The notes under the pieces were generated by a model that was given only the letters and a program-made list of their open reading frames with translations, was not told the DNA's origin and ran no database searches. From NCBI GenBank assembly GCA_964449085.1, contig CAYVAV010000005.1:785-64784 (forward strand): a DNA stretch of 64,000 bases. The letters run 5' to 3'. Positions within the stretch are counted from its first letter, which is position 1; every line of letters starts with the position of its first letter. This DNA is from an uncultured Bifidobacterium sp. Its GTDB lineage: Bacteria; Actinomycetota; Acidimicrobiia; Acidimicrobiales; Ilumatobacteraceae. Positions 27,297 through 36,544 of the stretch are shown here, piece by piece. The translations under genes were made by a program, and so were the position numbers.

Positions 27297-28762
27297 TGCG
27301 CTACTTACGACGCGTTTTTGTCATTCTTCTTCTCATCGGTGGTGTTGTGGGCATCGTCGCGCTGGAGCAACGAGATAACGAGGAATTAGAAGGTGCAACG
27401 GCGGCAGAAGTAGAACTACCAGGTTTTCCGGCGGTGCCACCACAAAGACGGATCAGTAGTTCATGGTTCTGTCCGGGGGTAGCAGCCGGTGACGGTGTTG
27501 AGGCCGGAAGTGTGTCAATTGCAAATCCCAGCGATACCGACATCACAGCGTCTGTTTCATTCTTGTCCGATGGTGAGCGAGAGGTTGAGACGGTGATCGT
27601 TCCACCACGCACGCGATCACAAGTGGAATCGATTCGTGGTCGCACAGTTGGTGTTGTGGTGCCTGTCGTTGAGATCATCGGCGAGGTGGGAACTGTCGAA
27701 CAGCAACTGGTATACGCTGCCGGCGATGTCACTTCTCAGTGTGTGACGTCAACTGCCTCAGAGTGGTTTTTCGCGGATGGATGGACCGTTGAAGGTTCCA
27801 CCGAGCGCATCGTTATTACCAATCCGTATCCGGAAAGTGCGGTCGTCAACGTGTCGTTTACAACACGAGAAGGCAAGCGCACGCCAACCAATCTTCAGGG
27901 ATTAATTGTTGGCCCGCGTCGCGCGCGAAGTTTGTCGATGTCAACAGAAGGTGCAGAGGGTGAATCAATTCTTGCTGTGCACGTGACCGCGTCAACTGGA
28001 AAGATTGTTGCGTCTCGCGCACAGCATTATTTGGGAGGTGGACGTCTTGGGTATTCCACCACCGTTGGAACGCCAGCTGCGTTAACAAAGTGGTGGTTTG
28101 CTGCAGGACGAACTGGACCAAACGTCACTGAGTCCCTTGTTGTGTTCAATCCAAACGAAGAAGACGAGTCGGTCACTGTTGTGTTTTTTGGTGAAGGGAT
28201 TTCTGTGGACCCCGCCACTCTCGGCGATCAATCAGGCGTCACTCCCATTTCCACGGTATTGATCCCAGCTGGAGAAGTCGTCTCTATAGACACCAACAAC
28301 GTCGCTGATCTTCCAAAGGGGGACCACGCCATGTTCGTGTCGTCAGTTAGTGGTTTGCCACTTGTCGTCGAACATGTCATTTCACAACAAACCTCGCGTG
28401 GCACATTCACTGCGATCACCAATGGAATCCCCGATGAGCTCGCAAGTACAACGTGGCGTGTTCCAAGTGGTCTCTTGGATGGCGCTGCGAGCGCACTTGC
28501 AATCGCTAATACCTCCGGTGACACCGGAACCTTCTCCATGTCCGCAATCGGACCAGGTGGTGAGTTCACCTATCCTGGTTTCGAAGCGGTTCCGCTCGGG
28601 CCGGGTGGTGTCGTTAATTTGGGAATTCCTCAGGGTGCAACAACCGGTGAAGTGATCATTCGTGCGACAGTGCCAATCGTTGTGCAACGCCGAATGGATC
28701 GTGGTCATGACTTGGTGGGCTTTTCACTTGTGAGTGCGTTGCCAGTGATGGTGCGTCGATGA
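27293..28762 (+). CDS. DUF5719-like secreted or membrane-anchored protein
   Basis: N-terminal TM/signal anchor (VFVILLLIGGVVGIV) and a beta-rich body. It overlaps the GT2 stop. In actinobacteria a DUF5719 protein typically follows this giant GT2. Family call is from memory. Confidence 0.55.
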   Translation: MMRYLRRVFVILLLIGGVVGIVALEQRDNEELEGATAAEVELPGFPAVPPQRRISSSWFCPGVAAGDGVEAGSVSIANPSDTDITASVSFLSDGEREVETVIVPPRTRSQVESIRGRTVGVVVPVVEIIGEVGTVEQQLVYAAGDVTSQCVTSTASEWFFADGWTVEGSTERIVITNPYPESAVVNVSFTTREGKRTPTNLQGLIVGPRRARSLSMSTEGAEGESILAVHVTASTGKIVASRAQHYLGGGRLGYSTTVGTPAALTKWWFAAGRTGPNVTESLVVFNPNEEDESVTVVFFGEGISVDPATLGDQSGVTPISTVLIPAGEVVSIDTNNVADLPKGDHAMFVSSVSGLPLVVEHVISQQTSRGTFTAITNGIPDELASTTWRVPSGLLDGAASALAIANTSGDTGTFSMSAIGPGGEFTYPGFEAVPLGPGGVVNLGIPQGATTGEVIIRATVPIVVQRRMDRGHDLVGFSLVSALPVMVRR

Positions 28763-29220
28763 TCAACGTGTTGGTTGTCATCGTCGCAGTGATCGTGGCG
28801 CTCGCAATTGCATGGGTTGCAAAACGTCGTAAACCTGAACCCCCCACACAAGGTGGGTTTCATGTTCCCACGCAACTTGATCGATCGGACTTTCCTTCTG
28901 CTTCTACGCCATGGCTGATTGCAGTATTCACATCCGCGACATGTGATGCATGTAAAGACGTTGTTAACAAAGCGTTTGTGATGCAATCACGCGAAGTATC
29001 AGTGGTGAACATTGAGTATCAATCAGATAAACCAGTTCATGAACGATATGCGATTGAGGCGGTTCCCACTCTTGTTGTTGCCGATGGCGATGGAGTGGTA
29101 CGTGCTGGTTTTATCGGGCCCATTAAGGCGCAGGACTTGTGGGCCGCAGTCGCTGAATGCCGCGACCCGGGCTCAACACCAGAACCTCATCTAGGCAGAG
29201 ACCAACTCAATAACCAGTAA
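28759..29220 (+). CDS. Membrane-anchored thioredoxin-fold protein (CxxC)
   Basis: N-terminal TM segment, a TCDAC CxxC motif and an AVPTLVV cis-Pro region typical of the thioredoxin fold. The start overlaps the previous stop. Confidence 0.6.
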   Translation: MINVLVVIVAVIVALAIAWVAKRRKPEPPTQGGFHVPTQLDRSDFPSASTPWLIAVFTSATCDACKDVVNKAFVMQSREVSVVNIEYQSDKPVHERYAIEAVPTLVVADGDGVVRAGFIGPIKAQDLWAAVAECRDPGSTPEPHLGRDQLNNQ

Positions 29221-29259
29221 TCGATAGTTGCTCGCTTGTGGGCGAGGCTAACCGTCGTT

Positions 29260-31227
29260 CTACGCGCCAGGTGTAGGAGCTTGGCGCGATTCATCTGTTG
29301 TAGATGAGGAACCGGCGCCGTCTTCTTCGAGCCCTTGTTGTACCAATCGACCAACGGTTGGGCCGTCGATTGTTTCGTGTTCAAGAAGTGCTTCTGCAAC
29401 AAGATCCAGACCACGACGATGCTTGGTGAGAAGTTCGTGCGCACGTTGTTCTTGTGTCGTGAGAATGCGCGCAATTTCCTCATCAAGCATGTTGGCTGTG
29501 GTGTCACTGTATTCACGACCCTGGGTCATGAGGTCCTCACCAAGAAACACTTGCTGGCTTGATGTCCATGCCATCGGGCCCACCTTGTCGGACATGCCCC
29601 ATTCGCGCACCATACGTCGTGCGATGTTGGTTGCTTGTTCCAAGTCGTTGGCGGCGCCACTGTTGAGATGTCCATAGACAATCTTTTCCGCGACGCGTCC
29701 ACCCATTGCTTTACAGATGACATCTTCGAAATATTCACGCGAATACGTGTGTCGTTCTTCTGGCAATGTCCAAGTGACGCCGAGCGCCATTCCACGAGGA
29801 AGGATCGTCACCTTGTGCAAAGGATCACTGTGAGGGAGAACGGTTGCAAGGATTGCGTGGCCACCTTCGTGATAGGCGGTTGCCTTCCGCTCTTCGCCGG
29901 TAAGCACCAAGCTCTCGCGACGTGCGCCCATCACTACACGATCACGAGCATTTTCGAAGTCGATGCGTTCTACTTGCTGTGATCCACGACGCACAGCAAA
30001 CAATGCTGCTTCGTTTACCAAGTTCGCAAGGTCGGCACCGCTCATTCCCGGTGTTGCTTTGGCCATCGTCTCCAGATCGACATCGGGTCCCATTCGCTTA
30101 TCACGTGAGTGCACCTTCAAGATTGCAAGGCGCTCCTCGTACTCGGGCAAAGGAACAATGATCTGACGGTCAAAACGACCTGGACGCAACAATGCAGGAT
30201 CGAGAATGTCGGGACGGTTTGTTGCCGCCATGATGACGATGCCTTCGGTTGTTTCAAAACCATCCATTTCGGCGAGCATTTGGTTGAGTGTTTGCTCGCG
30301 TTCATCATGTCCGCCACCAAGTCCGGCACCACGCTTACGACCGATTGAGTCGATTTCGTCGATGAAGATGATTGCTTTGCCCATCTTTCGTGCTTGTTGG
30401 AACAAGTCACGCACACGGCTGGCTCCAACACCAACAAACATTTCCATGAAATCAGATCCGGTGACTGACAAGAAACCGACGCCGGCTTCACCAGCCACGG
30501 CACGCGCAAACAACGTCTTACCGGTACCAGGGGGGCCGACAAGCAAAATACCTTTCGGTACACGTGCCCCGATTTCTTTGAATCGTTCTGGCATGCGAAG
30601 GAAGTCAACAACTTCCTTGATCTCTTCTTTAACGCCTTCGTAGCCGGCAACATCAGCGAATGTGGTTGAAGGGTTGTCTGATTGGTACGCCTTTGCCTTA
30701 CTACGTCCAATCGACATGATGCTTCCTGCTTGGCCCATTGCGCGTCGCTGCATCCATACGAAGAACAAGACGATGAATAGGAACGGCAAGAAGATGGGTA
30801 TGAGGCTCGTGAACCAGTTCGGCTGTGGAGTTGTGTAGTCGTAGTCAACGCCACGCTCTTTCAGCAGTTGTTCGTCAGCGTCACTCAATTGATTGGCACC
30901 AGTCGTTGTGAATGAAGTGCCGTCCTTTAGATCGCCGGTAATTGAGTTAGAGGAGTTGTTGATGGTGATGTTGTCGACTTTTCCTTCATCAACCAAAGCA
31001 AGAAATTCGGTGTAGGTCACCTCTTCACCTGTACTGCGATCCCATAATTGGCTACCGAAGGCGAGGAAGAGGACTACCGCAAGAATCAGCCAAAGAACCC
31101 AACGGGGCATTGATGATTTTTGTTCTCCGTTTGCGCCTCCATCGGAGTTCTTCCGCTTTCCAAAGGGCAGATTTGACCGTGGTGGTGTCTGTCGCGGTGG
31201 TGGGGGTGGTGGCGGCATTTCGCTCAT
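29260..31227 (-). CDS. ftsH: ATP-dependent zinc metalloprotease FtsH
   Basis: [18 protein letters not shown] Walker A, AAA second region of homology, and the HEGGHA zinc motif, with two N-terminal TM segments. The N-terminus carries 7 consecutive Pro. Confidence 0.95.
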   Translation of the reverse strand: MSEMPPPPPPPRQTPPRSNLPFGKRKNSDGGANGEQKSSMPRWVLWLILAVVLFLAFGSQLWDRSTGEEVTYTEFLALVDEGKVDNITINNSSNSITGDLKDGTSFTTTGANQLSDADEQLLKERGVDYDYTTPQPNWFTSLIPIFLPFLFIVLFFVWMQRRAMGQAGSIMSIGRSKAKAYQSDNPSTTFADVAGYEGVKEEIKEVVDFLRMPERFKEIGARVPKGILLVGPPGTGKTLFARAVAGEAGVGFLSVTGSDFMEMFVGVGASRVRDLFQQARKMGKAIIFIDEIDSIGRKRGAGLGGGHDEREQTLNQMLAEMDGFETTEGIVIMAATNRPDILDPALLRPGRFDRQIIVPLPEYEERLAILKVHSRDKRMGPDVDLETMAKATPGMSGADLANLVNEAALFAVRRGSQQVERIDFENARDRVVMGARRESLVLTGEERKATAYHEGGHAILATVLPHSDPLHKVTILPRGMALGVTWTLPEERHTYSREYFEDVICKAMGGRVAEKIVYGHLNSGAANDLEQATNIARRMVREWGMSDKVGPMAWTSSQQVFLGEDLMTQGREYSDTTANMLDEEIARILTTQEQRAHELLTKHRRGLDLVAEALLEHETIDGPTVGRLVQQGLEEDGAGSSSTTDESRQAPTPGA

Positions 31228-31313
31228 GGCCTCATGCTACGGCGGTTTTTATCTATCCATATTTCACCCAGTGGTCACACAATCGCCCATATGTGGTCGG
31301 ATACCGTTTATAC

Positions 31314-31544
31314 ATGTCTCGGCATTGTTCACGTCAAGGGTGTGCACACACTGCAACTGTGACGTTGTCATACCAGTACGCACGATCATTGGTGTGGCTT
31401 GACGACCTCGCTCCTGAACGTGATCCCCATACATATGACCTGTGCGACATGCACGCGGAGCGCTTGACAGCACCGTCTGGCTGGCACCTAGAAGATCGCC
31501 GCCAGCGAATGTATGTATATTCCGCAAACAGACTCGCAGGCTGA
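31314..31544 (+). CDS. DUF3499 domain protein
   Basis: CSRQGCAHTATVTLSYQY...DLCDMHAERLTAPSGW matches the conserved actinobacterial DUF3499 pattern. Start at ATG 31314, with TACCGT 6 nt upstream. The longer ORF would overlap ftsH. Confidence 0.75.
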   Translation: MSRHCSRQGCAHTATVTLSYQYARSLVWLDDLAPERDPHTYDLCDMHAERLTAPSGWHLEDRRQRMYVYSANRLAG

Positions 31545-31582
31545 AAAGACTTTTCGCACCGTTTTGCCCCACAATAGAAGTC

Positions 31583-32296
31583 ATGTCTGGTGCTGATCCG
31601 CTCGCATTGCTGACAGCGCGCCGTACTTTCTCACTGTGGGCGATGGCTTTTGTTATGGCCAACATCGCCGCAACAGTCGTCGTTCTCACCACGTACGGAA
31701 CCGCCGATGACGATGTCCTCACTCCTATTTGGGTAGTGGGTCTCAGCGGGCTCTCAATGTGGGCGACATATTTCTATGTGGTGAGTGCCATTAGTAACAA
31801 GTACGGATCTGGCAACGTTTTCTCTGATTACCGAATTTCATTTGTGTGGCGAGATTTATGGGGCATTCCAATCGGGATTGCATCACAATTTGTTCTCGTC
31901 ACCGCGGTGACATTTCCACTCACCAAATTGTTTCCGGATCAATTCTCGGTCGAAGAAGTCGAGAAGCGTGCTCGCGAATTAGCAGATGCCGCAAGTGGTG
32001 TTTGGGTGTTTGTGCTTTTCCTTATTGTGGTGGTGGGCGCCCCTGTGGTTGAAGAGATTGTGTATCGCGGATTGTTACAACAAGGACTGGAACGCAGCAT
32101 GAACTCCACCATTGCATTAGTTGTTACCGCCGCCGTCTTTGCCGCTATTCATCTTCAACCCATTGAATTTCCCGGTCTCTTTGCGTTTGCTTTGGTTTTG
32201 GGCTGGACATACCGAAAAACACAACGGCTTGGTCTCCCTATTGTCTCTCACATGGCATTCAATGCCAGCGGTCTTTTTGCAGTGATGGTGTTGTGA
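31583..32296 (+). CDS. CPBP-family intramembrane glutamic endopeptidase (CAAX protease-like)
   Basis: EEIVYRGLL, FAAIH and HMAFN motifs within a multi-TM protein. Confidence 0.8.
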   Translation: MSGADPLALLTARRTFSLWAMAFVMANIAATVVVLTTYGTADDDVLTPIWVVGLSGLSMWATYFYVVSAISNKYGSGNVFSDYRISFVWRDLWGIPIGIASQFVLVTAVTFPLTKLFPDQFSVEEVEKRARELADAASGVWVFVLFLIVVVGAPVVEEIVYRGLLQQGLERSMNSTIALVVTAAVFAAIHLQPIEFPGLFAFALVLGWTYRKTQRLGLPIVSHMAFNASGLFAVMVL

Positions 32297-32297
32297 C

Positions 32298-34724
32298 ATG
32301 AACGAAACGTTGGCAAACGAACACACGGTGATGACGCAACAAAACGATGATCGTCCCGAAAGCGAACTCGCAGTCACATTGCGTGCGATGTCGTCGACAG
32401 CGGTTGTTCTTGGTGCGACATTGATTCTTTTGTCAATAGTGCATCCCAATCTGATCTTTCGAAACAACACGCCAACTGGCGGTGACATGGGTGCTCATGT
32501 GTGGGGCCCGGCATTCTTGCGAGATGTGTTGTTGCCGCAGTGGCAGCTCACCGGATGGAGCATGGACTGGTATGCGGGGCTTCCGACATATCGCTTCTAT
32601 ATGGTTATTCCGGCACTTGCGATCGTGTTTCTTGATGTGTTTTTGCATTATGGCATTGCTTTCAAAATCATCGCTGTGATCGGCATTCTCGCAATGCCGT
32701 TATGTACGTGGCTGATGGCGCGGTGGGCAAAGTTGGCCTATCCCTTGCCAGAACTTCTGGTCATCGCAGTGATGGTGTTCATGCTTGATGAAAGCTTCAC
32801 GATTTATGGTGGCAACATCGCCTCAACCATGGCGGGGGAGTTCTCCTTCACAATGGCGATGGCGTTTGCGTTGCTGACGTTTGGCTTGTTCGCCCGCGGT
32901 CTAGAAGATGGCAAGTATCGCGGTTGGGCTGCATTGACTCTGGCCCTCAGTGCGTTGAGTCATGGCATCGTTTTGATGTTCGTATTTGGTGGTGTTGTAG
33001 TGATGCTGCTCTTGCGTTTTGATCGTCAGCGATTGAGATATGCATGGACCACGATCGTGTGTGCGATCTTGTTGTCAGCTTTCTGGGTGGTTCCATTCTT
33101 GGGCGGGCATGCGTTCATGACCGACATGAAGTACGAACCACGTCCAAGTGGCGCCAATGATTCGTTTTGGGACATGTATTTTCCATTACCCACCGCATTT
33201 GATGTAATCATCATGACGCTCGCAATAGCTGGCTTTGTGGGCTCATACATTCACAAGCGTTTCTTTGGTATGTGGCTTGGTGTGTACTGCATCATTTTGA
33301 TGGTCGCAGTGAAACTTGCACAAGACAGTCTCCCTGTCATTGGATTGTTGTGGAACCCACGCGTTTTGCCCTTTGTGTATATCACGAGGTACATGCTTGC
33401 CGCGATTGGTTTTTATGAAATCGCGCGCTTTGTGTATCGCAATTTTGTCTCCGCTCGTCCGTTACGTATCTACGCGCAAACATCAATACTGTGGATTGGC
33501 GCAGTTGCGATCCTCACTGTGTTTGGATTCCGCTATCAGAATCTCCCCGGAGGTTCACTGGTCGTTGAAAATGGACAGTCAAAGTACGCGTGGGGTCCAA
33601 TAAAAGTGCCTGCCAATCGTGCGTTCTCAGATGGCTGGGCGCGTTGGAACTTCACCGGATACGAAGGCAAATACGCATACGGTGAGTATTACGGCGTTGT
33701 GCAGGAGATGAAAAAGATTGGTGAAGACCCAAACCATGGATGTGGTCGCGCCTTGTGGGAGAACAATGAAGCACTGAACAAATACGGAACAACAATGGCG
33801 CTGATGTTGCTGCCGTTTTGGACAGATGGATGCATTGGTTCCATGGAGGGGTTGTACTTTGAGGCTGCGGGAACAACGCCGTATCACTTCATCGCGGCTG
33901 CCGCACTTTCTAAACAAAGCAGTAATCCGGTACGAGAGCTTCGTTATGACAACAATGATGCAAAATTAGGCGTGGAGTACATGCGGCAACTCGGTGTGAA
34001 GTACCTGATGGTCTTCACCCCTGAGGCAATTGCTGAAGCCGAGAAACAACAGCAATTGAAATTGATCTCAACATCTGGACCATGGAAAATTTTTGAACAC
34101 ACTGAGAACGCAATAGTCACTCCACTCGATATGCAGCCTGTTGTGGTCAATGAACGTTCGGGCGACAAGCGCGAACGTTGGCTAGAAGTTGGCACGTCGT
34201 ATTTTCAGCATTCGGATGAATGGCCCGCATTGCCTGTTGCCGATGGCCCAGATGACTGGCAGCGAATCGATGTCGTGGCAGATGTTTCACGTCGAGTCGG
34301 ACAACCTGGTGATCCTGGTCGCCGTGTTGACATTGTCCAACCCTCTGCCGCGACAGAGATCGTTCCTCGTGCAATTGAGCCGGCGACGATCACAAATGTC
34401 GAAATAGGTCGTGAGTCCGTTTCATTCTCTGTCGACAGAGTCGGAGTACCTGTTCTTGTGCGTGTGAGTTATTTCCCCAACTGGTCTGCTCATGGCACAG
34501 CTGACATCGTGCGCGCGGCTCCAAACATGATGGTGGTTATTCCGCGGTCAAACGAAGTACGAATGTCATATGAACCTTCAGGGCTTGACCGCGCGTCGTA
34601 TCTACTCACTTTTGGGGGGATCGTGATTCTTGCATGGTGTGCCCGTAGACGGTTTCGATACGGAACTTCCTTTGCTGCTGTGGAGTTGCCAAACATTCAG
34701 CCCACGGTCGAGGCCGACAGGTAG
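32298..34724 (+). CDS. Large polytopic membrane protein, GT-C-like (PTPS-related/COG5617-like; tentative)
   Basis: 808 aa with an N-terminal GGDMGAHVWGP motif, about 12 TM segments and a large C-terminal soluble domain. Starts 2 nt after the CPBP stop. Family call is tentative. Confidence 0.6.
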   Translation: MNETLANEHTVMTQQNDDRPESELAVTLRAMSSTAVVLGATLILLSIVHPNLIFRNNTPTGGDMGAHVWGPAFLRDVLLPQWQLTGWSMDWYAGLPTYRFYMVIPALAIVFLDVFLHYGIAFKIIAVIGILAMPLCTWLMARWAKLAYPLPELLVIAVMVFMLDESFTIYGGNIASTMAGEFSFTMAMAFALLTFGLFARGLEDGKYRGWAALTLALSALSHGIVLMFVFGGVVVMLLLRFDRQRLRYAWTTIVCAILLSAFWVVPFLGGHAFMTDMKYEPRPSGANDSFWDMYFPLPTAFDVIIMTLAIAGFVGSYIHKRFFGMWLGVYCIILMVAVKLAQDSLPVIGLLWNPRVLPFVYITRYMLAAIGFYEIARFVYRNFVSARPLRIYAQTSILWIGAVAILTVFGFRYQNLPGGSLVVENGQSKYAWGPIKVPANRAFSDGWARWNFTGYEGKYAYGEYYGVVQEMKKIGEDPNHGCGRALWENNEALNKYGTTMALMLLPFWTDGCIGSMEGLYFEAAGTTPYHFIAAAALSKQSSNPVRELRYDNNDAKLGVEYMRQLGVKYLMVFTPEAIAEAEKQQQLKLISTSGPWKIFEHTENAIVTPLDMQPVVVNERSGDKRERWLEVGTSYFQHSDEWPALPVADGPDDWQRIDVVADVSRRVGQPGDPGRRVDIVQPSAATEIVPRAIEPATITNVEIGRESVSFSVDRVGVPVLVRVSYFPNWSAHGTADIVRAAPNMMVVIPRSNEVRMSYEPSGLDRASYLLTFGGIVILAWCARRRFRYGTSFAAVELPNIQPTVEADR

Positions 34725-34736
34725 ATTCGAATCTTT

Positions 34737-36122
34737 ATGGCACAAACCGACCCGCTGATCCTTGACCGCATCGTCAAGGCCTATGACGTGCGAGGCACGA
34801 CCCCCGATCAGATGAACGAGGAAGTTGCCTACGCACTCGGCGTGGGGTTTGCCGCATTCACAAAAGAAGACACAGTGATTGTCGCTCGTGATATGCGTGT
34901 CACAGGGGAGTCGCTCTCGCGGGCTTTTGCCGAAGGTGTGATGGATTGTGGCGTGAACGTCATCGATGTCGGTTTAGCGAGCACCGACTTGTTGTATTTC
35001 GCCGCTGGTCGATTGAATGCGCCCGGAGCAATGTTCACCGCATCGCATAACCCTGCCGAATACAACGGCATCAAAATGTGTTTGTCGGGTGCACGCCCTG
35101 TTGGTATCGATACCGGGCTTGCCGAAATTCGCGATACGGCTAAAAAAGTACTTGGTGGCTCGCTAAAAGCATCGACTGTTGTTTCATCGACAGATGCAAA
35201 AGGCACGATCACCAAGCGCGACATGCTTGAACAATTCGCTGATCATGTGGTGTCATTTGCCGACCTCGATGTGTTACGCCCTCTTCGCATCGTTGCGGAC
35301 ACTGCAAACGGGATGGGTGGTCTCATTGTTCCAGTTGTGTTCGAACGATTGTCGATGATGGATGTTGAGATCATGTATCCAGAACTTGACGGAACGTTTC
35401 CAAATCACCCAGCCGATCCCATTCAGCCTGCTAATCAACGTGATTTGCAGGCACGCGTGACAAGTGGTGGCTTCGACATCGGACTCGCATTTGATGGTGA
35501 CGCTGATCGAGTTTTTGTTGTTGATGAGATGGGTCGAGGTCTCTCGGGTTCCACAACAACGGCAATGCTGGCAGCAGCCATGTTGCGTTCACATCCGGGA
35601 GCTGTGATTTTGCACAACCTCATTTGTTCGCGTTCGGTTCCCGAAGTCATCGCTGAACACGGTGGCGTACCTGTGCGCACGAAAGTGGGTCATAGTTACA
35701 TCAAACAACAGATGGTTGAAACTGGAGCCGTCTTTGGCGGTGAACACTCCGCGCACTACTACTTCCTGGACAACTATCGTGCCGACAGCGGCATCATTGC
35801 ATCGATGTTGGTGTTAAACGAGATGTGTCGAGTTGGTCAACCATTATCTGTAGTACGCAAACCATTTGAACGTTATGAAGCGTCGGGGGAGATCAACACC
35901 AGTGTGGATGACGCCAACGCTGTGATAACGGCGATTTCGCGGCATTATTCGTCGTTCCCTCAAGATCGTCTCGATGGATTGACCGTTGATTGTGGTGATT
36001 GGTGGTTCAACCTTCGTCCATCAAACACCGAGCCATTGTTGCGTCTCAATCTGGAGGCACCGACGCGAAACGAATGCGACAATCGTGTCGCAGAAGTGCT
36101 TGCACTACTTACTGCTGTGTGA
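34737..36122 (+). CDS. manB: Phosphomannomutase/phosphoglucomutase
   Basis: TASHNPAEYNGIKM phosphoserine loop and FDGDADR metal-binding loop. Confidence 0.9.
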   Translation: MAQTDPLILDRIVKAYDVRGTTPDQMNEEVAYALGVGFAAFTKEDTVIVARDMRVTGESLSRAFAEGVMDCGVNVIDVGLASTDLLYFAAGRLNAPGAMFTASHNPAEYNGIKMCLSGARPVGIDTGLAEIRDTAKKVLGGSLKASTVVSSTDAKGTITKRDMLEQFADHVVSFADLDVLRPLRIVADTANGMGGLIVPVVFERLSMMDVEIMYPELDGTFPNHPADPIQPANQRDLQARVTSGGFDIGLAFDGDADRVFVVDEMGRGLSGSTTTAMLAAAMLRSHPGAVILHNLICSRSVPEVIAEHGGVPVRTKVGHSYIKQQMVETGAVFGGEHSAHYYFLDNYRADSGIIASMLVLNEMCRVGQPLSVVRKPFERYEASGEINTSVDDANAVITAISRHYSSFPQDRLDGLTVDCGDWWFNLRPSNTEPLLRLNLEAPTRNECDNRVAEVLALLTAV

Positions 36123-36151
36123 TTGAGATCTTCGGTAGGGTAGGCAACGCT

Positions 36152-36382
36152 ATGACTATCAGCACATCACTTTTGTCCATCCTCGCTTGTCCACAGGACA
36201 AGGGTGCGTTGTATTACATCGAAGATGACAACATTCTCTACAACCCGCGTTTGAAATGTGCATATCCGGTGCGTGATGACATTCCTGTGATGCTTGTCGA
36301 TGAGTCATCTACCGTTTCCGACGCAGAGCATGAGCGAATCATGGCGAAAGTGTCAGCCAACAACATTTCACCCACTTTCTGA
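36152..36382 (+). CDS. Trm112-family small zinc-ribbon-like protein
   Basis: LLSILACPQDKGALYY...YPVRDDIPVMLVDES is the Trm112/UPF0434 signature. Start at ATG 36152. Confidence 0.8.
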   Translation: MTISTSLLSILACPQDKGALYYIEDDNILYNPRLKCAYPVRDDIPVMLVDESSTVSDAEHERIMAKVSANNISPTF

Positions 36383-36420
36383 ATCTCACATACCCCTTTG
36401 CTTTTTGGCTAGAGTGAGAA

Positions 36421-36544
36421 ACGCCGTTCGGGCTGAAGTGATCGGTGCCAGTGGGCCCCAGCCTGAAGACAACGCGCTTGAGCGCAACCATTGGTTGTGC
36501 CACATGGCGTGTGTCTGTTTTTGCATACGTATTTAGGAGTCATC
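36421..36544 (+). promoter_or_regulatory. Structured 5' leader of ahcY (candidate riboswitch or attenuator)
   Basis: Stems read directly: GGGCUG 36430-36435 pairs with CAGCCU 36459-36464; GCGC-UUGA-GCGC at 36474-36485; an 8-bp hairpin GCGCAACC-AUU-GGUUGUGC at 36482-36500; then a U5 run at 36518-36522, AGGAG at 36535-36539 and ATG at 36545. Confidence 0.3.

Noticed and set aside
36294-36536. An 80-aa ORF covering the ahcY leader.
   Set aside because: It has no ribosome-binding site, overlaps the Trm112 3' end and a structured non-coding-looking region, and its composition is not protein-like.
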